Of a stretch of DNA of 64,000 nt, positions 1 through 8,431 are shown in pieces. Every line of letters begins with the position of its first letter. Position 1 is the stretch's first letter. Origin of the DNA: Alphaproteobacteria bacterium (GTDB lineage Bacteria > Pseudomonadota > Alphaproteobacteria > Rhizobiales > JAKIUO01); assembly GCA_024280895.1 (NCBI GenBank), contig JAJRPI010000035.1, positions 16,596-80,595 on the forward strand, read 5' to 3'. Position numbers and translations under genes: made by a program. The notes under the pieces were generated by a model. The model was not told the origin of the DNA. It made no database searches and saw only the letters and a program-made list of their open reading frames with translations.

Positions 1-183
1 TAGCCTGCATTGGTCAGCGTTTTTGTCCAAGATGGGTTGACCCAGTTGGTGGGGCCGGTGGAGGCAAAGCCGTGAATGAGCAAAAAGGGTACATCGTGCT
101 GCATGGCCCCCTCGCCCGGTCCCTCGACCCGGTAGGCGATATCAATGCCATCGCTATCGAAATGATCTTGAATGATTGCCATG
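1..183 (-). CDS. alpha/beta-fold hydrolase, N-terminal 61 codons only (gene continues off the left edge)
   Basis: Manual minus-strand translation from ATG at 183-181 gives MAIIQDHFDSDGIDIAYRVEGPGEGAMQHDVPFLLIHGFASTGPTNWVNPSWTKTLTNAG. The PFLLIHGF block is typical of the N-terminus of alpha/beta hydrolases. Confidence 0.6.
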
Positions 184-236
184 GAGGCTCTCCCAGATAT
201 GATTAATTTGCGGGGTTTTGATCTTGGCTCAAAGCT

Positions 237-504
237 CTAGGTCATAAACTCACAAACGGTTTTGGACTGTGTTGACCTGATTTTTGTCAGTTTGAGGGGG
301 GAAATTGTGCGTTGGGGTTCCCCAATAATCAATTTTCTCGCTTAAACTGGCGAAAATCAGGTCAATCTTCCAGATTTGTCTTGAAAGAAGCATTATCGGC
401 GCAAAAAATCAGGAATGATACCAGTATCACTCAGGATTTTTTACTTGATTCTGCTTCTTTCAAGACAAACACAGCCGAAACCCGTTTATGAGTCTATGAC
501 CTAG
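237..504. repeat. nested inverted-repeat element (outer 29/30-bp arms enclosing two hairpins), MITE-like or structured RNA
   Basis: Arms 237-265 and 475-504 are reverse complements with 3 mismatches and 1 indel. Inner pairs are 272-284/353-365 (13 bp perfect) and 375-392/452-469 (18 bp perfect). No ORF. Confidence 0.7.
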
Positions 505-583
505 CATTTGCCAGTCAGGTTGGCTAATATTCAATCACATTGTAGCTGATCGACAGCAAGACATTCTGCATAAGGAAAACCAT

Positions 584-829
584 ATGGCCGATCCCATCAC
601 TCCCCATTATGTCAATGATATTGGCAGTGAAAATATCCGTATTGGCGTTACAAAGTTCAAATGTATGGGGGCGACACCGCCGGTTGATCATCCTCATATC
701 TATCTCGACATGGGATCCGAGGGCACAATTGTCTGCCCCTATTGCTCGACGCTTTATGTCCATGACAAAGACCTGGCCAGCAATGAAACCGACCCGGTCA
801 ATTGTATCTATAAACCAAAAGCCGCGTAA
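584..829 (+). CDS. zinc-finger domain protein (zf-CHCC-like, NDUFS6-type C-terminal Cys cluster)
   Basis: 81-aa ORF with AAGGAAA SD. It carries CMG..HPHIYLDMG...IVCPYCSTLY, and this small protein is commonly found beside a UbiH-type monooxygenase in alphaproteobacteria. Confidence 0.75.
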   Translation: MADPITPHYVNDIGSENIRIGVTKFKCMGATPPVDHPHIYLDMGSEGTIVCPYCSTLYVHDKDLASNETDPVNCIYKPKAA

Positions 830-901
830 TGGTTCAGTTCTGAAAACGGGAATTGTCGAGCGACCTTGATTGCGGCCAGTTCAGGTTAAGGATGACCTTT
901 T

Positions 902-2080
902 ATGACCATTCTAATCGCCGGTGGTGGTATTGGCGGCCTTTGCACCGCAATTGCCCTGGCTCAAACCGGCATCAGCTCGCACATATTGGAGCAGGCTGAC
1001 ACTTTTAGTGAAGCGGGTGCAGGCATCCAGATTGGCTCCAACGGCATGCGCTTATTGCACGGTTGGGGTATGGACGAGCATTTGAGCGGTCGCGGTGCCA
1101 GCCCTGCTTGCGTACATATTCATGATGGTCTTTCTGGTGCCTCTCTCAACAAGGTGCCGCTCGGCGAAACCGCCTTGGAGCGCTATGGCGCGCCTTACAA
1201 AGTCTTCCATCGCTCTGAACTGCAAATGGCCTTACTCAATAAAGCCCGCAGCATGCCAGATATCAAGATCACCACCGCATTTCAGATGAACGAGCTGTGT
1301 GAGCGGCCAAACGATATTAGCGTGATCTCATCTGCAGGCGATAAAATTTCGGGCCGCCTGCTGGTTGGCGCTGACGGTCTTTGGTCTCGCACACGAAGAT
1401 ATCTGTTTCCCAATATCACTCCTCGTTTCATTGGCAAAACGGCCTGGCGCACCCTTGCCGCCAGCGATGATATACCAGCACCATTCAACCGGCGCGAAAC
1501 CGGATTATGGATGGCGCCCAATGCCCACCTGGTCCACTACCCCGTGCTTGGCGGCAAAATCACCAATATCGTGGCGGTGATCAAGGACAACTATAATCAT
1601 CAAGGCTGGTCACGCGAGGGGCGCGCCCAAGACCTGCTTCCCCATTATGATGATTGGGACGCAGTGCCGCGAGACTTCTTGAGCGCGCGCACCAACTGGC
1701 ATAAATGGGCCCTGTACGATATCGCCCCCCTACCATCATGGAGCAAGGGCCGGGTTTGTCTGCTGGGGGATGCCGCGCATCCCGCCATACCGTTTCTGGC
1801 GCAAGGAGGCGTCATGGCCATGGAAGATGCGCACATCCTTGCGCAGCTGCTTGATCAATATGACGACGATCATCGCACCGTCTTCAAACAATATGAAAAA
1901 CAGCGCCGTGCACGAGCGACCCGTGTCATGAACAGCGCCAAAAAACTTGGCAGGATTTATCATATGAAGGGCTTCATGCGCCAGGCGCGCAATGCCGTTC
2001 TCACGCGCAAAAAACCGGAAAAACTGCTGGCAGATTATGATTGGCTATACGGCTTTAAAATATCAAAAGCGTCAAAATGA
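902..2080 (+). CDS. FAD-dependent monooxygenase (UbiH/salicylate hydroxylase family)
   Basis: N-terminal GxGxxG fold (ILIAGGGIGGLCTAIAL), the later GDAAHP..PFLAQGG FAD-binding motif, and an AAGGA SD. Confidence 0.85.
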   Translation: MTILIAGGGIGGLCTAIALAQTGISSHILEQADTFSEAGAGIQIGSNGMRLLHGWGMDEHLSGRGASPACVHIHDGLSGASLNKVPLGETALERYGAPYKVFHRSELQMALLNKARSMPDIKITTAFQMNELCERPNDISVISSAGDKISGRLLVGADGLWSRTRRYLFPNITPRFIGKTAWRTLAASDDIPAPFNRRETGLWMAPNAHLVHYPVLGGKITNIVAVIKDNYNHQGWSREGRAQDLLPHYDDWDAVPRDFLSARTNWHKWALYDIAPLPSWSKGRVCLLGDAAHPAIPFLAQGGVMAMEDAHILAQLLDQYDDDHRTVFKQYEKQRRARATRVMNSAKKLGRIYHMKGFMRQARNAVLTRKKPEKLLADYDWLYGFKISKASK

Positions 2081-2098
2081 TTTGACGTGGGCGTAAAT

Positions 2099-2788
2099 CT
2101 AATTCGCAGGGGCTTGCGTATTAGAGACCATTTCTTGCGACATCATCGGGGCGCGCTCAAGTACCACTTCGCCTGCGATCTCGATATCGGATGGCATGGG
2201 GGTCAAGGTCACGGCATTACCCGGATAGCCATTGGCTCCAAAACGCAGGCGCACGCGCTGATCTCGCGAGTTTAGGCCAGTATTGACCACCAGGTCGCTC
2301 CAGCCATTATTGCGCTCATTCGTGACGATCACAGGACCCCGGGCCCGGCGAATTGTCGCGATCGGTCGATATCCGGTTTTGCCAGTGGTGAACACAGCTA
2401 TTGTGCAACCAGTTTTAGCGCACCAATCCTCGCCTTCAAGCAAAACCAGGGCTTCTGCTTGACCATCCCCATTCAGATCATACCCAACCGAGCGAAACGG
2501 GCTTTGTTTTTGCTTTTTGTTGAGACGATAGCGCTCGATAGCCTTGGCCAGTTGTTTTTCGTCAAGCGGCATACGTGCTGATGGCAATTGTTCGCTGGCA
2601 CTGATGGCTGCTTGCGCCAAGGTCGGGGATGTTTGCGCATTTTGCAATTGAACTGGCCGTCCGCCGTCCGATCCATTGGACGAGAACACACCGCCATTGC
2701 TACTGCCACCTTGGCACCCGGCAAGCGCACTCACACCAACCAAAGCGGCAAGTTGAAAAGCTCTATGGATTGACCAAAGTCGGCGCAC
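2099..2788 (-). CDS. conserved hypothetical lipoprotein
   Basis: GTG start; signal peptide ending in the lipobox LAGC. No recognisable catalytic motif. Confidence 0.6.
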   Translation of the reverse strand: MRRLWSIHRAFQLAALVGVSALAGCQGGSSNGGVFSSNGSDGGRPVQLQNAQTSPTLAQAAISASEQLPSARMPLDEKQLAKAIERYRLNKKQKQSPFRSVGYDLNGDGQAEALVLLEGEDWCAKTGCTIAVFTTGKTGYRPIATIRRARGPVIVTNERNNGWSDLVVNTGLNSRDQRVRLRFGANGYPGNAVTLTPMPSDIEIAGEVVLERAPMMSQEMVSNTQAPAN

Positions 2789-2981
2789 GGCAAATATTCC
2801 ATCTGGTTAGTGCAAAATGTTCAAAGCCTTTTCGTCATGTAGCAAGTATGACACATGACGACTAGCCCTCATCAAAACCACTTCATAATGGCCATTTTCC
2901 GACCAAGTTGCAATATAGGCTCGCATCAATATTGCTCGTTTGGCTAACGAGTGTGACCTGCAAGACGCCATAATATGGGAG

Positions 2982-3302
2982 TTAGCTTCGTTTTTGATCT
3001 TTCAGCTGACGCCGCGCGGCTCGAAAGGCATCACGAATGGTAATATAGGCGTCGTCATGGACATTATTATCGCCGGGATCATGATTGACGATGATATCCT
3101 TTGCCCCTGGGACCTTCAGGTGAATACGCACATGATAATTGCTGCCTTTGTGCTGATGCTGATGAGGTTTGGCAATAATAATGCGTGTCGAAGAGATGCG
3201 CGCGTTAAACTGCTCCAGCTTATGCGCTTCTTCACGCAACCGGGCGCTGATGGCGTCAGAGGGGTCGAAATCTTCAAAGACGATTTCCAGGGACTGTTTC
3301 AT
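2982..3302 (-). CDS. HPF/RaiA-family ribosome-associated protein (short form)
   Basis: 106 aa. The pattern KLEQF..I....I.I..PH.HQHKG..Y.V.I.L.VPG..., ending RDAF.AARRQL, resembles sigma-54 modulation/ribosome hibernation factor-like proteins. Confidence 0.6.
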   Translation of the reverse strand: MKQSLEIVFEDFDPSDAISARLREEAHKLEQFNARISSTRIIIAKPHQHQHKGSNYHVRIHLKVPGAKDIIVNHDPGDNNVHDDAYITIRDAFRAARRQLKDQKRS

Positions 3303-3569
3303 AGGTTACCCAATCCAGATAGTGGGACAGGCAATATTCATCAATCCGACATTTCCTATTGCTCTATAAACGGGGTTCTGCCAGATCAGCAAATGCTCCT
3401 GTCCATGTGTGCGGGGACCCAAACCATAAAGATCCCTCATCACTATAACTTACATTATTTTCGTCCAATCCAATAGCGAAAATATTGTGTCTGGTTGATT
3501 TTTCGCGGTAATCGCAACGCTGCGATCCCCTGCCCGAACCAAGTGTTGGGCAGGGTTTCTATTTGCAAG

Positions 3570-4169
3570 CTATTGCCGGATGCCTTCAATATGCAAGCTA
3601 AGCTCCAGCTCTTTGGATGCAGGTCCAAGGTTTTTCTTGATACCATAGTCCGCAAGGGCGATGCGCGTTGTGCCGCTAAAGCCTTGGCGAAATCCGCCCC
3701 ACGGATCCTTGCCACCACCAATATGTTGAACTTCAATCTCAATATCCCTGGTGACACCATGCAGTGTCAATTTTCCAGCAACCACAGCTTTGCCTTGGCC
3801 TTTACTGGTGATTTTACTGCTTTCAAACTGCGCCGTGGGGAATTTTGAGACCTCAAGAAAGTCGGCGCTACGCAAATGCTTGTCGCGCTCGGCGTGATTG
3901 GAATTGACGCTGTTGGTATCGATAGTGACCTTGATTTTCGAGGCGTTGAGATTTTTTTCATCAAAAGAAAAACTGCCATTGAATTTGTCAAAGCGACCCG
4001 TCAGCCAGCTATAGCCCAGATGTTTGATCTTGAAATTGATCGAGGCATGAGCCCCTTTATGGTCGATCACATAATCGGCAGCCTGCACAGGCGCGGCGAA
4101 TTTGGGAGCGATGATTGCCGTGGCGGCAAGCAGCACCGATGCGCAAACAGTTTTTAACGATGGGTTCAT
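3570..4169 (-). CDS. yceI: YceI-family periplasmic polyisoprenoid-binding protein
   Basis: Signal peptide followed by DHKGAHASINFKIKHLGYSWLTGRF.KF.G.F, typical of YceI. ATGA overlap with the upstream cytochrome b561 gene. Confidence 0.85.
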   Translation of the reverse strand: MNPSLKTVCASVLLAATAIIAPKFAAPVQAADYVIDHKGAHASINFKIKHLGYSWLTGRFDKFNGSFSFDEKNLNASKIKVTIDTNSVNSNHAERDKHLRSADFLEVSKFPTAQFESSKITSKGQGKAVVAGKLTLHGVTRDIEIEVQHIGGGKDPWGGFRQGFSGTTRIALADYGIKKNLGPASKELELSLHIEGIRQ

Positions 4170-4756
4170 GATGGTCGTCCTTTCGATTGTCCCTTACGGG
4201 GGGTGGAGTTAGAGTTTGAAGTAAAAAGCATCCGCCGCAAAGTCACATCACCGTCAACAAAGTGATGCTTGAGCGCCGCAGCAACATGCAATGCTGCCAG
4301 AGCCATAAGGCTGTAGGACAGGTATTCGTGGATGAAGCCGACCGTTTCTTCCAGCCCCTTTTGTTCATAAAGGGAGGGCACGTCGAACCAGCCAAATACA
4401 GAAATGGCGCGGCCATCCACCGTTGAGATCAGATAGCCAGTACTCATGTGGACCAGCAATAAGAGATAAAATCCCCAATGCACGATATGCGATATGGTGC
4501 GCTCGAATGGTTTTAGATAACCATCCTCGGGGCGCACATTGGCAAGCCGCCAGACAAAGCGCAGTAAAAGCACTATGAGCAGCAAAATACCGATGCTTTT
4601 GTGAATATCAGGGGCCGTTTTATACCACGGGCTATAATAATCCAGCGACCGCATCCATAAGCCCAGAGCGAACATGGCAAAGATGGTGAGCGCCATGCCC
4701 CAATGCAAAAACCGGACGATAAACCCATAATTTTGCTGCGTGTTTTTTAGTTGCAT
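4166..4756 (-). CDS. cytochrome b561 family protein
   Basis: Four TM helices with conserved His (RFLHWGMA, IHKS, HWGFY, LHV). ATG at 4756 chosen over the TTG at 4786. Classic cybB-yceI pair. Confidence 0.8.
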   Translation of the reverse strand: MQLKNTQQNYGFIVRFLHWGMALTIFAMFALGLWMRSLDYYSPWYKTAPDIHKSIGILLLIVLLLRFVWRLANVRPEDGYLKPFERTISHIVHWGFYLLLLVHMSTGYLISTVDGRAISVFGWFDVPSLYEQKGLEETVGFIHEYLSYSLMALAALHVAAALKHHFVDGDVTLRRMLFTSNSNSTPRKGQSKGRPS

Positions 4757-4846
4757 AAAGCGTCTCTTCTGAATTGATTTCGACAAACATACTATGGATC
4801 ATTACGTAGATAAACATTCAATTTGACGAATGATTATCTCCCATAT

Positions 4847-5773
4847 ATGGATAGTGATATGGATACAATCGAAGGCATGCGCACATTTGCGGCGGTCGTA
4901 ACAGCGCGATCTTTTACGGCAGCTGCCCGACAACTTGGCACATCGACCAAACTCACCAGCAAATATGTTCAACAACTGGAAGAGCGCCTTGGGGTGCAAC
5001 TACTTAACCGCACGACCCGCAGCCTTGCTCTCACAGAAATCGGTCGGGCCTATTTCGAGCGCTGCGTTGACTTACTGGAAGATTTCGACGAGTTGGAAGC
5101 GGCCATGCAAGATCGTCAAAGCACGCCGCGCGGCCAGCTTCGTATCTCTGCGCCAACAACTTTTGGCGAAACCTATCTAACGCGTGCTATCGCTGATTTT
5201 TTGTCAAATCAGCCAGATATATCTATCGATCTGCGGCTATCCAATCGGTTCGTCAATATTATTGATGAAGGTTTCGATCTGGCAATCCGTATTTCTGATC
5301 TGGAGGACTCGAGCCTGACAGTGAGAAAGCTGGCGCCTGCAAGTATCACCTTATGCGCCTCCCCCACCTATCTCGCACAACATCAAACTCCCCAAATTCC
5401 CGACGACTTGACGAACCATAATTGCATTATCGACAGCAATTATAAAAAGGGGCCTCACTGGCCGCTGCGCTATAATGGAAAAATAAAAACCATCAATGTA
5501 CACGGGCGTTTTCACGTTAATGGCGCAACCGCAGCCCGGGAAATGGCCATTGCAGGACAAGGCATCGCGCTTTGCCCAAGCTATTTAATCAACAAATATC
5601 TGGCCAGCGGTGAACTTGTGGCGCTCTTGCAAGAGTATAATGCCTTTGAGCTTGGCCTTTACGCCCTTTTTCCCCACAATCGCCATCTGGCAAAAAAAGT
5701 CAGAGTGTTTGTGGACCATCTCGTCGATTACTTCGCCCAACCAGCAAATTGGAATCAACACAAATATCCATAG
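4847..5773 (+). CDS. LysR-family transcriptional regulator
   Basis: N-terminal HTH (MRTFAAVVTARSFTAAARQLGTSTKLTSKYVQQLEERLGVQLLNRTTR) plus a LysR substrate domain. Divergent from cybB-yceI. Start is ambiguous (4823 TTG, 4847 or 4859 ATG). Confidence 0.85.
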   Translation: MDSDMDTIEGMRTFAAVVTARSFTAAARQLGTSTKLTSKYVQQLEERLGVQLLNRTTRSLALTEIGRAYFERCVDLLEDFDELEAAMQDRQSTPRGQLRISAPTTFGETYLTRAIADFLSNQPDISIDLRLSNRFVNIIDEGFDLAIRISDLEDSSLTVRKLAPASITLCASPTYLAQHQTPQIPDDLTNHNCIIDSNYKKGPHWPLRYNGKIKTINVHGRFHVNGATAAREMAIAGQGIALCPSYLINKYLASGELVALLQEYNAFELGLYALFPHNRHLAKKVRVFVDHLVDYFAQPANWNQHKYP

Positions 5774-6034
5774 GGACCTAATAGACTTACAAGCGGAAGA
5801 GAAACGCATAGGTCAAATAGGTATAGCTTGCCCGTCGGAACGCAAAGTGAGCGCCAGTTTAAAATAGAAATAGCCAGCGGCCAGTGCAATCAGGGGAGCC
5901 AATGGCAAAAGCCAATAGCGCAGTACGTCCTGCGATACCCACAGCACGGAAAAACTTCACCGCCGGTCATACCACCAACACCCATGGCAACAAGTACCAT
6001 CAAGCAAAATTACGGAACGCAGGCTGTTGCCTTT

Positions 6035-6421
6035 TTACTCAGGCTTGACGATGAGTTGCGTGACGATATAATTCTTGCGCCCAGACTTGTGAGCCACCTC
6101 TTTCATGTCGAGCTGTTCGCCTTTATAGGGAATGCCAGATGCCCGCTGGCTGACCATTTTTACGGAACGACCATCGTCCAGTCTGACCGTCAGATTATAG
6201 CTGGCATTGCCGCTACGGGCGAGGTTCGCTTCGAGAATGGTGCCATGAACCATTCTTGTCGCTGTCACCTTATCGATCTGCGCTTGTTGCTCGTAACCCA
6301 TGAACAGCATAAAGCTCAAGACGACCAAACCAATCCCGCCTGCCATGGCGCCATATTTCAGCCGCTGCATAAAAATCAAATGGTCCATGCGTTTTTTGGT
6401 TTCTGGTTTCACGATCAGCAT
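6035..6421 (-). CDS. hypothetical single-pass membrane protein
   Basis: One TM segment (GAMAGGIGLVVLSFMLFMG) followed by a small soluble domain. The 170-aa track ORF overlaps the upstream gene, so an internal start (6421 or 6388) is assumed. Confidence 0.4.
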   Translation of the reverse strand: MLIVKPETKKRMDHLIFMQRLKYGAMAGGIGLVVLSFMLFMGYEQQAQIDKVTATRMVHGTILEANLARSGNASYNLTVRLDDGRSVKMVSQRASGIPYKGEQLDMKEVAHKSGRKNYIVTQLIVKPE

Positions 6422-6452
6422 TCCCTTATGGTTTATTGCAAAACTGGAACAA

Positions 6453-6965
6453 TTAACTGCTTTGGATACCTGTGATAAGGTCGCGATATTGCTCAAAGGA
6501 ACCAATCCAGAACCAGGCGATTTTATCATCATCTGTCTGAACGCCAAGAGTGCGGTATTTCAGCCCGACACGAAACGAAAAAACGGGACGATTTTCATGT
6601 ACCTGCTTGAAGCGCAGACTGGGATGATTGCGGCTCTCTTTCCAAAGCTTATAATTACGTTCCGCCAGCTTGCGAATATCGCTGGGAAGTTCATCATAGC
6701 CCTTCCAGTAGCTGTCTTCGCGCAAATATTCCTCTGATGGCAGGGAAATAAGATGGTAGGATAGTCTTTGTTGCTGTTTGGCATATTTTTTGAGCGTGTC
6801 ATCGGCTGCTTCTTCCAGCCAGAGCTGTGACTGTGGAGACGAGACGAGGCGATCCCACTCACTTTTATCTTCCAGTCTTTCAATTATTTCATAGGCGATG
6901 CGGTCACGTTCTGCCTTTGGCTGGGCCATCAAAGCTTCCACGGCCTTATCGACAATATCACTCAT
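6453..6965 (-). CDS. ParE-like toxin domain protein with an antitoxin-like N-terminal extension
   Basis: The C-terminal half (HPSLRFKQV....FSFRVGLKYRTLGV...IAWFWIGSFEQYRDL) matches my recollection of the small ParE-like toxin family. The N-terminal half is acidic and helical. GGGGA SD. Confidence 0.55.
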   Translation of the reverse strand: MSDIVDKAVEALMAQPKAERDRIAYEIIERLEDKSEWDRLVSSPQSQLWLEEAADDTLKKYAKQQQRLSYHLISLPSEEYLREDSYWKGYDELPSDIRKLAERNYKLWKESRNHPSLRFKQVHENRPVFSFRVGLKYRTLGVQTDDDKIAWFWIGSFEQYRDLITGIQSS

Positions 6966-7080
6966 CCTATTTCCCCATTTTTATCCTGATGCAAATTTCA
7001 TACGCCTTGTTGGCCTCTGACACCAGTCACAAGAACACTCTTGAGATGCTACAAACCGTCTCAGTGTCTTTTGGAATGAA

Positions 7081-7141
7081 CGGCTTGTTCGGACGTCGCC
7101 CGGTCGGGCTCTGGTTGGTGCGGTGTTCGAAGTTGCGCCAT
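7081..7141. repeat. 61-bp direct repeat, copy 1
   Basis: cggcttgttcggacgtcgcccggtcgggctctggttggtgcggtgttcgaagttgcgccat differs from copy 2 at 2 positions. It is followed by a T run. Confidence 0.9.
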
Positions 7142-7189
7142 TTTTTATATCTCACGGCTATTCCGCGCGGGCGCGTGCCTTCGATGCAG

Positions 7190-7250
7190 CGGCCTGTTCG
7201 GCCGTCGCCCGGTCGGGCTCTGGTTGGTGCGGTGTTCGAAGTTGCGCCAT
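7190..7250. repeat. 61-bp direct repeat, copy 2
   Basis: cggcctgttcggccgtcgcccggtcgggctctggttggtgcggtgttcgaagttgcgccat. Period 109 bp relative to copy 1. Confidence 0.9.
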
Positions 7251-7860
7251 GCACGCATGGAGATTGGGTGTGACAATAAACTTATTTAACCGCATGATCA
7301 CATCGGCTATACTCTTTGAACTTTCAAGTGGAATGCCAAGCCAATGCTGAAAATTGAGTTCAGATCGCTGTTTGTGTTTTTTCTCCTGACCGGGATTTTT
7401 ATTGGTCAGGTGCTTCCGTTTGATCGTTCAATGGGTCTGTTCGAGCGCGAGGAAGTGCAAGAAAGCACCCTGTCGGAAACCAAAGCCGACAAGCCTGATG
7501 GGGCACCGCTACATATAGCTTTCACCATTGCACCAGATACCTGCCCGATCATGCAAAATCGGGATGGCAATGTGATAATTGCCGTCCGCATCTCATCGCG
7601 ATGTGCCCGGTTTCATATCGGCCATACACCACGCGGCCCTCCTCTCAGCGTCTGAAATTTGGATGCCTGCCCCCTCTCCTTTAATTCTTTCGTCCTCGAT
7701 TGTCTAACGGCGTGGGGAAGCTGCATGCTGTGTCGCTCGGTACTTATACACTGACCACCCTGCCAGTCTTTATTGCCGAGCGATGCAGGTACGCATGCGT
7801 GGCGGGCTTGCCCAGTATTTTCCTGCGCCAAAAGACACCCACCGCTAGAGGAGCGAAACA

Positions 7861-8373
7861 ATGCGTAAAAAACAACCCGTTTTTGCGATCTTCGACAATA
7901 TGAATGAAGCTATTGATGCCATCCACTCAATGAAATGGACACGTCACGATATTGATCAACTGTCTATTGTCGCTAAGGACTGGCGGACACAGATCCAATC
8001 AGAAAAATACCAATCCACAGGAGATAAGGTCAAAACCGGATCCCTTGAGATCGTATGGGACGATCTCCACATTCACACCTTGAAAACGGCACGTTTCTTT
8101 CGCCGTGGCGTTGCTGGATTGCTCCTTGCTGGTCCTTTGTCGAGGTGGGCTTTGGAGACAATTACATCGGATGGTACTGATGATGGACTGTATGCTCTTG
8201 GCATCGGGCTCGAAGATATGGGCGTCTGTGAGGATGATATCAATGAGTGCAAAGCCGATATCAGGGACGGAAAAATTCTTGTCCTGATCCCGGCAAAAAA
8301 AACCATCTCGATCGAGCTCGGCGATAAGCCGAACACCAAGAGACGCATCTCCGACATGGCGAAATACTGCTAA
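7861..8373 (+). CDS. general stress protein (YflT/17M-like domain)
   Basis: The N-terminus VFAIFDNMNEAIDAIHSM....DIDQLSIVAKD resembles the YflT heat-induced stress protein domain. Strong GAGGAG SD. Confidence 0.6.
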   Translation: MRKKQPVFAIFDNMNEAIDAIHSMKWTRHDIDQLSIVAKDWRTQIQSEKYQSTGDKVKTGSLEIVWDDLHIHTLKTARFFRRGVAGLLLAGPLSRWALETITSDGTDDGLYALGIGLEDMGVCEDDINECKADIRDGKILVLIPAKKTISIELGDKPNTKRRISDMAKYC

Positions 8374-8431
8374 ATCCTGTTTTGGCTGAGTTTTCCCACA
8401 ATTCTTCGCTCATTCAAAGAGGAGCAAAACA

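Noticed and set aside
5828-6475. 215-aa plus-strand ORF, and a possible small Gly-rich membrane-protein remnant on the minus strand at about 5870-6010
   Set aside because: The plus-strand ORF is antisense to the 6035-6421 gene and reads as low-complexity nonsense. The minus-strand fragments (MVLVAMGVGGMTGGEVF..., ..APLIALAAGYFYFK) require frameshifts and are too short to support a pseudogene call.
7081-7250. Possible CRISPR array or iteron cluster
   Set aside because: There are only two copies of a 61-bp unit, no cas genes, and a unit length and spacing atypical for CRISPR. It is reported as a tandem duplication instead.
7344-7655. 103-aa ORF with a hydrophobic N-terminus in the gene-poor gap
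   Set aside because: It has no SD, no recognisable domain, and a C-terminus rich in R/P/S typical of out-of-frame sequence. It cannot be supported without expression or conservation data.
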